From positions 21,089,865 through 21,128,384 of the forward strand of contig NC_068986.1 of the NCBI RefSeq assembly GCF_001194135.2: 38,520 nucleotides of DNA. The letters run 5' to 3'. This DNA is from Octopus bimaculoides. Taxonomy: Eukaryota. Below the pieces are notes generated by a model. That model was not told where the DNA came from, did no database searches, and saw only the letters and a list, made by a program, of their open reading frames with translations. Shown here in pieces: positions 21,994-31,764 of this stretch (position 1 is its first letter; the number at the start of each line of letters is the position of its first letter). The translations under genes were made by a program, and so were the position numbers.

Positions 21994-22471
21994 GATAAAT
22001 GCCCTGATGCAGAACCAGGCAATGGCTCTCACGGTTTCTCATCTTAACTGTCAGTTGTTTGATTTTAACCAGTTGAGCATGTCCCTTGGTGGCTGACGAT
22101 ACGTGCATCTCTGATCACGAGCAGAATTAGTGAGGAAGCATCATATCCATCTGTTGAGAGGAATTCTTCGGGATCTGAATAATTCACCTCCAGAAACAAG
22201 GGGGGGGGTCGTTCAACATCCTTAAACAACCCATATTCAGGGACCTTTTTTCAGCAGGATAGGCTACTCGACCTGACGAAAATTCTAACTGGGTCCCCAC
22301 CTGCAAGATCATGTGCTGTTAATCTTGGTATGAAATTACCATGTCGCGCACATGTGGTTGTGATGCATGTGTCTGATGTGCCCTTAACAGACGGGTGGTT
22401 ATGATGAGTATACTGAGCTTCGTATATTTTACCCCAGTGTCACTTTGATGGCATGCACTGCTCTCTCACTC
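21994..22471 (+). mobile_element. About 480-bp interspersed element embedded in (AAT)n; probable 3' UTR of a microsatellite-targeting non-LTR element
   Basis: (AAT)n on both sides (21946-21993 and 22472-22500). I recall the sequence as an abundant Octopus repeat; class and orientation are inferred. Confidence 0.65.
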
Positions 22472-23250
22472 AATAATAATAATAATAATAATAATAATAA
22501 CGATGATGATGATAATTAATGAAGTTAACACTAACATTCAACTTTGAAGAAAAAGAGAATGTTATTTGCTGTTTGATATTTTGATATATAAAGCAATTGC
22601 TGATGTACTCTTAGTATAGGACAAAGATGTATATGATTAATAAAAGCAATTCTCGTGTTTTTCTTTTTTCTTTTGCCTTAAACTGCACTTATTCTGATTA
22701 CTGTTGCAATCGATATGCATCTTTCAATCTAACTTTAAAAGTTACATTTCGCCAATGATTTCTGGAACCAGGACGCCCTCTGCCGGTCATTTACTTACAC
22801 ATGATGTGTCAAAGTTCAATTGGGTTTTTGCCAATCTCGTTTGATTGTTGTCTATAATTAACAACTACAAGTTTTCGTGGAATTCTTAGGAGAAAGACAC
22901 CCTGTTGTTGTTTTATAATAGGGTATTGTATTACTAGTACACCTCCTTGTTAATAATTAATTTAGAATTTAAGGGCAATGTGTTAGCAGGTGCAAGTTGT
23001 TGTTTAGTGAAGGGATGAGTTGTCTTAATATATTTTGTTTCCTTTTTATCTTAAAGTGGTCGATAAAATAGAGACTAGTAAAACACTAAGTCAATATAAA
23101 TCGATCATGCACCTGCATCACAAAAAGTAGCCTTCGTTTTCTAATTAAAAAATCAATGGCTACTTTAGTACTTATCTTGCAAATCAAAACTTAAGCATCA
23201 TCTCAGAAAGCCCACAGCATCCTAGAGATCTACAAAATGCATTCATGTTC

Positions 23251-23406
23251 GTTTGTCACAGGTTCATTCAACACTGATACGAGATCACAAAGTACGTTCA
23301 ATTGTGAACCGTGCTACGCTTATCACAAATTGATCTGTGATAACACGAGTCAAAGATTCTGTTCAAACAGCAAAAGCACGCCCTAGCAACCATCTACAAT
23401 GCTCAG
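23251..23406 (+). repeat. Copy 1 of a ~160-bp diverged inverted duplicate (partner 27365-27527)
   Basis: Three collinear blocks at 15/20, 46/53 and 20/25 identity to the reverse complement of the partner. Confidence 0.9.
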
Positions 23407-23474
23407 GACAAGTTGGGGTTTTGGAGGAAAGCCTATTATTCCCGAGTGTTCTATTATTCATGTCACGGTTTCAA

Positions 23475-23725
23475 GGTATCGACCAAACTAACGGATATTG
23501 TTATAAATCGCTGGTCACTATGCAATTCAAATAATGCCATCCCGCCAACATTCCCCTCTAATCGGGAAGCTAGTCCATTGCGGGATTACGTATTTACAGC
23601 TAAGTGGGGGTGGACTGGAGCAACGTGAAATGAAATGTTATGCTCAAGAACAAAACGCGCAGCCGGTCTGAGAATGGAAAGTACGATCTCACAGTCAAGA
23701 ATGCAATACGCCTAACCGCCATGCT
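23475..23725. mobile_element. Family D repeat fragment (+, about 23475-23560) joined to a family B/C head fragment (-, about 23560-23725)
   Basis: atcgaccaaactaacggatattgttataaatcgctggtcac matches the reverse complement of 36700-36750; ctggagcaacgtgaaatgaaatgttatgctcaaga is the B/C central domain. Confidence 0.7.
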
Positions 23726-23874
23726 ACACGTCTTCACAATATTCATGTATTACTTATCAAATTAAAAAATGGGTTTTATTTATGTATTTATTTATTGATA
23801 AAACACTCGTGATAAACTGGGAGGGAGATGTCCCTTCACTTATTTTATATCGCAGTAGTTCATTCATTGCATGT

Positions 23875-24098
23875 ATTCAATGGTTTAAAATTTTGATACA
23901 AGGCCAGCAATTTTTGGGGGGAGGTAGTAAGTCGATTACATTGATCCCAGAGCTCAACTGGTTTTTATTTTATCGACTCCGAAAAGGATGAAAGGCGAAG
24001 TCGGCCTCGGCGGAATTTGAACGCAGAACGTAAAGACGGTCGAAATGCCGCTAAGCTCTTTTTCCCAACGCGGTAAAAGTTCTACCAACACGCTGCTT
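23875..24098 (-). mobile_element. Family A SINE
   Basis: Full body and B-box (ggaatttgaacgc). Confidence 0.88.
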
Positions 24099-25174
24099 CG
24101 AGTCACGCATGTATTAAAAGCGATTCAAATTCATGATTTACGCCAACAAATGCGGAAAAGTCCGTGAAGTTTATTGCCCTAAATTTTGTAAATGATATCG
24201 CCAACAAAATCCTTTGAAAATACTCGTCCATTAACGGAGTCCAAAACATAACCTTCTTCGTTAGTTTTAACTCTGAAGAAATTTGTAAACAATGAATATA
24301 AATGAATAATTTAGTGAAACAGAATATATATAGGTTTGGCCAAAAGTCACCTGACAGTTAATCAAAACCATTTAATTCCAACATTTTTTATGTTTAACGA
24401 CTGAATGAATTTAATAAAAGCATCTAAATATGAAACACCATGAAAATTGTTCAAACTTAAGTCCTTGAGCAAAACGTTTTCCTATTTGATTCAATACAGA
24501 ATTACAGATAGTATTTTGATTTACTGTCGGGCGANNNNNNNNNNNNNNNNNNNNNNNNNNNNNNNNNNNNNNNNNNNNNNNNNNNNNNNNNNNNNNNNNN
24601 NNNNNNNNNNNNNNNNNNNNNNNNNNNNNNNNNNNNNNNNNNNNNNNNNNNNNNNNNNNNNNNNNNNNNNNNNNNNNNNNNNNNNNNNNNNNNNNNNNNN
24701 NNNNNNNNNNNNNNNNNNNNAAAAAAAGTACTTTATCTGGTGAGAGATAAATATTATTTATTTAAAGGCCACGATACATGTATTAAAGCGCTCCTAATAG
24801 TTTCATATGTTGAAAAATACTCAAACATCTTCAGGCGCAAAACCGCATATCATAACGAACTAAAAAAAAATTGAATATTAGTAGAAGCGCTAAAAAACTG
24901 AGAGGATAGCATAGAGAAAACGTGATGTACTTCTATTTTCAACATTTATGTAAGACTTAACCAAAGTGTCCTTTGAAGTGAAATATTGCAATGCACGACT
25001 GTCAATACCCTAATCCCACCGCTTAAGAGCATCCGTTAGATGTAGCGATCGCATGAAAGCGTCTTTGACTCATAACGATAAAATGAATACAGAAATCTTT
25101 GTACCAAAGCTATTATGCAGAACATACCGAAGAGTATGGTTTGATCTCTAAACTTTTCGTCTTTTCCCTTTCAG

Positions 25175-25263
25175 GTATTTGATATGGACGTTAGCTGTTA
25201 CCAGAATATGACACGGCGGGTCGTCAGAGAATGGAAAATGCCTTGTTAACCTTTAGCAACTAG
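25175..25263 (+). other. Candidate 89-nt internal exon, closed in all three frames (5' UTR, lncRNA or poison exon)
   Basis: Very strong acceptor aacttttcgtcttttccctttcag|G and donor TAG|GTAAGT. Confidence 0.5.
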
Positions 25264-25411
25264 GTAAGTTCGGTTTTCTTTGAACTCAAAATATATTCGT
25301 TGGGAATTTGGTTATTCCGATCCAAATATGTTTTTGTAAATTGTCTGTTAGCGAGATTAATATGAATGACCAGGCATTCAACACAATAAAATGTATGAAA
25401 TAAAATAATTA

Positions 25412-25450
<39 letters not shown>

Positions 25451-25931
25451 CAAAATATGACCCAATAGTTAAGAATTCATATGATCGAACAACTGAATCC
25501 TCACCGTCGAACTCCAGAAACCTACTAAAACCACCATCACACACACANNNNNNNNNNNNNNNNNNNNNNNNNNNNNNNNNNNNNNNNNNNNNNNNNNNNN
25601 NNNNNNNNNNNNNNNNNNNNNNNNNNNNNNNNNNNNNNNNNNNNNNNNNNNNNNNNNNNNNNNNNNNNNNNNNNNNNNNNNNNNNNNNNNNNNNNNNNNN
25701 NNNNNNNNNNNNNNNNNNNNNNNNNNNNNNNNNNNNNNNNNNNNNNNNNNNNNNNNNNNNNNNNNNNNNNNNNNNNNNNNNNNNNNNNNNNNNNNNNNNN
25801 NNNNNNNNNNNNNNNNNNNNNNNNNNNNNNNNNNNNNNNNNNNNNNNNNNNNNNNNNNNNNNNCCGCACCTACGACCACAAAAAATATATAATCGATTTT
25901 CGGACGTTGAGCAGCTACGCGTACGATAACT

Positions 25932-26012
25932 ATGGCAGCATCTGGCAACGCAGGCTTCCCTCAGGCCCAATCACCTACTGTCTACCGTTATCTCTCACTC
26001 AGTCGCTTTCAA
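25932..26012 (+). CDS. Candidate first coding exon MAASGNAGFPQAQSPTVYRYLSLSRFQ (phase 0); product unknown
   Basis: Strong Kozak context aactATGG, donor CAA|GTATGT, CpG-rich island; the 5' side is hidden by a gap. Confidence 0.3.
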
Positions 26013-27189
26013 GTATGTAAATCTGACATACGACCTATCAGTCGGAACGGAACTCGGTCGTGAGTCGAGAAGGTGTATGTATGTATGTATGTGTATATAT
26101 ACTGTTTCTGTCACACTAAATTCACCATGCATAGTAGAAGATACCTTCCAAAGGTGGCGCACAATGGCACCAAGCCCAAAAGTACGTGGTTTCGAAGCGA
26201 ACTTCTTAAACGCACGGTCTTCCTCTTTTACTTCACTTCTCTCTTGTAGATCGTGTAATTACATCACTTGGGCTTGCATAATGATAAAATCAAATTAATA
26301 AAAGTTTCATTTCAGTTTTATAGTCGTTTAAACGGAAGGCTACAGAGAAATTTTACTTCTTAAAACAATAGCAACGAAAGCGTTTGTTCTTTTTCGCCAC
26401 CAGTATATTTGAATATGTTAGAGATACGAAACCGAAATATCGGGCTACGCACTGATGGTCTCAATTCAGATCTCCTGCTGAAGATTCGCTGTGTTTCTGG
26501 ACAAGACGCATTAGAGTGTATTGCTTCAGTTCACCTCCGTTGTAATGAATGACTAATAGTCAATAGGAATAGTGACCCGGGGATAAATGATAGTTCCTAT
26601 CACGACGAAAGGTCAAAGAGTTGGTTTTATTTATTGCACTGTTGCGTCGACCAATCAATTTTCATCTTTTATATATTAATGACTCATATTCATCCGACTT
26701 AGATAACCCAACCACATTAGTGGCATTAATCTAGCAACACACGTTACACTAATCCATGGATACACATCACTATCACAACTGTTAATTACCTAAAACTACA
26801 ACTATACATCGGTTTATTGATTCCTGTGACTAACATCACACTGCAAATGAGACACACTTCATCTGATTAACTACAAATCAATGAATGCATTTGTTCGACA
26901 ACCTCAATAATTATTTTAAATGTTTCAGAAGCTATTGTATTCAGACTTTATGTTATTTATAGAAATACAATTTCTATGATTATTAACGCTGTTTTTTTTT
27001 TTAATTACCGGAAACATCATTAAATACGTCTATCCTTGCTTATCACGGTAGTTTGGTTTTAGAAAGAAAGAGCGATAAACGAATCCGTGATAATTAAATC
27101 CTCTCCGTGCACTTTGTAAATGGAACGAATGGTAGATTCATTGATACTAAAGTCGCAGCCCGCAGCACCGAAGCTCCACCGTTACATAC

Positions 27190-27422
27190 TTTCTTGATCA
27201 TCTCTCCTCTTCTTGTTGAGAGAATACGCTCGTCGGGGTCATTTGTTAAGATCAGGCGCGATGTTGATGTGCAAAAGTACGATAATTTATGTAAAAAGAA
27301 AAGAATACATAGCCTCGCAGCACAGTCGTATAAGCACAAGCGATAGTCACTGTGTTCCAGGTATCTGAGCACTTTGGGTGGTCGCTAGGACGCAATTTTA
27401 CAGTACAAATATCTTCGACTGA
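27190..27422 (-). other. Candidate first exon (Inr-like TCAGTC at 27422-27417; ATG ATC AAG AAA|gtatgt, MIKK, 27201-27190)
   Basis: CpG-richer unique island; gagATG context; donor AAA|GTATGT. The + strand also offers a donor CAG|GTATCT at 27360/27361, so the strand is uncertain. Confidence 0.25.
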
Positions 27423-27527
27423 TCACCGACCCGTGTTATCACAGATCAATCTTGATAAGCGTAACATGGGTCACAGTTGTGTGTAGCGTGTTATCTTACA
27501 TCAATGGTAAATGCATCAGTGATAAAC
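27365..27527 (-). repeat. Copy 2 of the inverted duplicate
   Basis: See 23251-23406. Confidence 0.9.
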
Positions 27528-27742
27528 AAGGCTATATGTCTTGCTTTTCATTTTTTAATATTATCAAATATCAATACTTTATTCATTCTTATCTTCATAA
27601 GGCTCTCCTTTTCACTTACTCTCTCATATTTTGCTTTTTCTATTTGAACCTTCGTGTATTCCTTTTTCTGAACCCCACGCTCTTTTCCATTTTTTATATT
27701 TCCGCATGTCTCCTCTTTATGTATTTATATATAGTTTAAACT

Positions 27743-28027
27743 GGCACTCCGTCGGTTGCGACGTTGAGTGTTCCATTGAAACGATCAACAGAGCACTCCA
27801 CAGGCGCACGTTCACCTTAGCGTCGTTCTCGGGGAGATTCAGCGTGAGCCAGCATGCGACAAGGTTGGCCTTTTGAATTACAGGTAGAAATTGCTCTTGC
27901 CAGTCGAGCGGACTGGTGCAACGTCAAATAAGGCATCTTGCTCAAAAACACAACGCGCCTCCGGGTATCGAACTCACAAACTTACAATCGTAAGCCGAAT
28001 AACCTAACCACTAAGCCACACATCTTC
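27743..28027 (-). mobile_element. Family B SINE with an internal deletion
   Basis: Tail ggcactccgtcggttgcgacg; head gaactcacaaacttacaatcgtaagccgaataacctaaccactaagcca. Confidence 0.88.
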
Positions 28028-28474
28028 ACACTCCCACACACACACACACAAGAACACAGACACACACACACACACAAGAACACACACACAAGAACACACA
28101 CACACACACACACTATTATTTGAATTAACACGAAAGATATATTTATTGCGTGTGTTGTTTACTGAGGTGTGCAAACCCTCTCCACTGGGGGCGCTGGGAG
28201 ATGGACGGGGTTCTGTGGAATCGAACATTAGGTACACATGCCTGAAAAAAACTCGTAAAAACTTTAATATAAACATCAGACATTTCAAAGAAAAGCACAG
28301 CATCCTTAGTCAATAAAAGACACACAAACATAGATGTGCATGAGAGACAAACAGGACAGATCGTAAGGTCGTGAGTTCGATTCCTACATTCATACATACA
28401 TAGCTACATATATACATGGCTACATACATAGACACATGCATACATACACAGACACATGCATACATACACAGACA

Positions 28475-28692
28475 GAAACGTTAGCACGCCGGGCGAAATG
28501 CTTAGCGGTATTTCGTCTGCCGCTACGTTCTGAGTTCAAATTCCGCCGAGGTCGACTTTGCCTTTCATCCTTTCGGGGTCGATTGAATAAGTACCAGTTA
28601 CGAACTGGGGTCGATATAATCGACTTAATCCGTTTGTCTGTCCTTGTTTGTCCCCTCTCTGTGTAACCCCTTGTGGGTAGTAAAGAAATAAT
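28475..28692 (+). mobile_element. Variant A' SINE unit starting GAAACGTTAGC and ending TAAAGAAATAA
   Basis: Low-divergence family A body with the alternative tail ttaatccgtttgtctgtccttgtttgtcccctc. Confidence 0.9.
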
Positions 28693-28790
28693 ACATACAC
28701 AGACACATGCATACAGACAGACAGACAGACGTTCGTACATAGACACGTACATACATACATACACAGAGACATACATACATACATACATAG

Positions 28791-28930
28791 AAAAATACTC
28801 TGTTTTTGATTTTGAAATGCCAATGAAGGATCCTTAGATCTAGGTTAGAAACCAACTTTTTCTCTGTTGGCAAGAAATCTTGAAATAGACTGAATAATGA
28901 CATGCATACATACATTCATACGTACGTACA
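28791..28930 (+). mobile_element. 3'-terminal fragment of the R4/Dong-like element with (TACA)n tail
   Basis: Collinear with 29243-29352. Confidence 0.8.
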
Positions 28931-28934
28931 TACA

Positions 28935-29370
28935 CTCTATCCAGATTACAAGTTCAGGCTTATACCTGTAATTATTGGGGCCCTGAGATATGTAACACAC
29001 TGCCTAAATACCAATCTTGAGAAATTAAGCTCCTCAAAACCAGAAAGGAGAAAGCTAATTCGAAGGCTACAGATCCAATCCATCACTGGAACTGTAAAAA
29101 TCTGTAAAGCTTTCCAGAAGTTTATCATTTAAATATATATATGAGTATGTCTAGATATGTAAGTATATGCATGAGAATACATACATAAAACATACAAATC
29201 TGCACATACATACATACATACATACATACAAACAAACAAAAAAATATACCCTGTTCTTGATGTTGAAATTGCAATGAAGGAGCCTTGGATCTAGGTTAGA
29301 AACCGGTTCTTTCTCTGTTGACAAGAAATCTTGAAATAAACAGAATAATGACATACATAAATACATACAT
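28935..29370 (+). mobile_element. 5'-truncated RLE-type non-LTR retrotransposon (R4/Dong-like): ORF C-terminus 28935-29132, 3' UTR and (TACA)n tail
   Basis: LYPDYKFRLIPVIIGALRYVTHCLNTNLEKL...LIRRLQIQSITGTVKICKAFQKFII* matches the IPxxIGALG...LEKL...LQ...GT..I signature I recall downstream of the PD-(D/E)xK endonuclease in R4/NeSL-type ORFs. Confidence 0.7.
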
Positions 29371-29863
29371 TTGCATCATATATTGGTTTCAAATCTTGGC
29401 GCAAGGCCAGACTTGCATCATATATTAAATTTATTTGCTGCCCATTCGAACTTCCTTCCGTTGGTATAACACATGAGTAGAAGCAAAATGGCGTTATTTT
29501 CGCTTTCTGTTAGCAAATGAATCTAATATTTAGATGGTGAGACAAATAACATATTAAGTCCCATGTTTTTTTTTGTTTTTGTTTTTCATATTCATTTGTT
29601 TAAATATATAGGCAGTACGCATACTGCCTACGCCCAACATAATTTATATTACAAATTCTCGTTAAACAAGTAAGCAGTATGCTGTCTCAGTAAACCTCCA
29701 CTAACACAATAACCTACATCGTTGTTTTTTCTATTCTTAATTGAGAAATAATTGACACTTTTTAATTGGTAATTAAAATTATTTCCTCTCTTTTTATTCA
29801 TAGCATTTCACAGTTTAGTCACATATGTGTGTATACAGGCATGTACACATGTTGGTGAAGATA

Positions 29864-29916
<53 letters not shown>

Positions 29917-30038
29917 ATAAACAACTTTAGTTTAATTCAAATAAATTTGTGACTTATTTTAACTTCTAAAGGCACTTTCACTGCAGTTTACGGTGGAGGA
30001 AAATTTCTCGTCTATGGTAAAAGGCATAAACACACTAA

Positions 30039-30140
30039 TATCAGCTCAGTAGCACCCTCTTTGGACCCCTAGATGAATTTCTGGCACGTTATTTCGTCTT
30101 CAGTAGAGGATACCAAAGAGAGGTTAATCCTGAACTGACA
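30039..30140 (-). ncRNA. Candidate pre-miRNA hairpin with miR-9-type 5p arm (UCUUUGGUAUCCUCUACUGAAGA, 30119-30097)
   Basis: Manual folding gives helices of 11 bp, 10 bp, 6 bp and 4 bp and a 21-nt loop. Three + strand C.A mismatches become G.U pairs on the minus strand. Confidence 0.35.
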
Positions 30141-30249
30141 GAAAGCCGTAATTTTATTATAAATCAGTCAATGCTAGTGACTGATTTGCGTTCGTAGACT
30201 GCCTGATCAAAACAAAAACACAAGCAGTAGCTCGAAACAATGATACATT

Positions 30250-30251
30250 GA

Positions 30252-30287
<36 letters not shown>

Positions 30288-30575
30288 TGTGTGTGTGTAA
30301 GTATGTTTGTATGCACGTATATGTATATATTTATGTATAAGTACGTACATATACATGTATATATATATATATTTATATACACCTTTATGTATGAATAAAT
30401 ATGCACGTATATATTTATATATAAAGATATATTTGTATATATACAAGTGTGTGTGTGTGTGTGTGTGTGTAAAGAGTTTGTATATATTTATGCACGTTTA
30501 GATATATGAATGTATGTGTAAGTACGAATATATATTTGTACCTTTCAGTCCCTCATGCTCTCTGTAGATATACAG

Positions 30576-30615
<40 letters not shown>
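30250..30615. repeat. Mixed (GT)n/(GA)n/(TA)-rich low-complexity tract
   Basis: Read directly. Confidence 0.95.
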
Positions 30616-30616
<1 letters not shown>

Positions 30617-31402
30617 TTTTTCTCAAAAGTATGTAAAAGTTTTTTTTTTAAAAAACGTCGATTTCTGCGACTTCTCTCAGTTCCTCCTCCGACTATTCTC
30701 CTCCGGTTGATGTACTCTTTGGCTTTAGGCGTTCTAACTTGGCTAGAAACACGACATCAATACAAGGAAATATAATTTTCTGATCGATTCAAAGCGAAAA
30801 GAAAAACAAAAGCAACGAAGTATAAAGAGATATAATGAGTGAAAAGTGTAACTCTGACTGATACACGCAAGTCTTGCAAGTATTAACTTCGATTGAAATA
30901 GAGGATAACGTTTGTAATAATGTTGTTGTGAAGTAGTAACACTATAAAGTCAGGAAATGAGAGTCGATGAGCGTCTAATGTAAAGTATATTTTCTAAAGA
31001 GAAATATTCCTTGCGGTATGAAATCACTGAAGTTATTATCATGTTAGAATCTAAAATCACTCAATTGCTTATCACATTAGGGACAGAGATCGTTTGTAAA
31101 TGGAATCAATGCAATGACTGATGATTAGAATATGGAATTTTAAGCCTTAATATTATCGGCTGATTATCTTTGTACTGTGTGTATACAGAAATAGAAACAT
31201 AAGCGTACGAGCATTCATATAAATGCATAAGTGACGAGAAATAGTCGCTGGCGAGGAAACCATGCTTTAAAGGTGCTCATTTTTGTTTTTTTGTGTGTTT
31301 TGTTTTTGTTTTTTAGTATGAAAAACGCTATTTTATTGTATACTTATGTACTATTTTATATTTTCTTTGACTTATTTAATTTAATATTTATTTATTTATT
31401 TA

Positions 31403-31764
31403 AGGGCGGTGAGTTGGCAGAATCGTTAAGCACACCGGGCGAAATGCTTAGCGATATTTCGTCTGCCACTACGTTCTGAGTTCAAATTCCGCCGAGGTCG
31501 ATTTTTGTCTTTCATCCTTTCGGAGTCGATAAATTCAGTACCAGTTTGCAACTGGAGACAATCTGATCGACTGGGCCCCCTCCCAAAAATTTCGGGCCTT
31601 GTGCCTGGAGGAGAAAAGAATATTGCTTTTAAAAAGCGGTGAGCTGGCAGAATCGTTAGCAGGCCGGGCGAAATGCTTAGCGGTATTTCGTCTGTCTTTA
31701 CGTTCTGAGTTCAAATTACGTCGAGGTCGACTTTGTTTTTCATCCTTTCGGAGGTCGATAAACT
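31403..31764 (+). mobile_element. Two family A SINEs in tandem (31403-31620 full; 31633-31764 running into a gap)
   Basis: Intact head GGCGGTGAGTTGGCAGAATCGTTA and B-box GAGTTCAAATTCC. Confidence 0.92.

Noticed and set aside
24320-24345. Possible Tc1/mariner TIR (TATAGGTTTGGCCAAAAGTCACC)
   Set aside because: No matching inverted partner was found; a gap follows at 24535.
27437-27460. A miR-2 gene itself (UAUCACAGAUCAAUCUUGAUAAGC resembles miR-2)
   Set aside because: miR-2 matures from a 3' arm, and no complementary 5' arm lies upstream; the local hairpin is only 45 nt. Retained as a possible target or structured element instead.
29609-30200. Helitron 3' ends suggested by the short hairpins
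   Set aside because: No CTRR terminus at the expected distance after either hairpin.
30680-30720. RRIVGG trypsin-like activation motif in a minus frame
   Set aside because: The following residues (GTERSRRNRRFLKKK) are not protease-like and run into a microsatellite.
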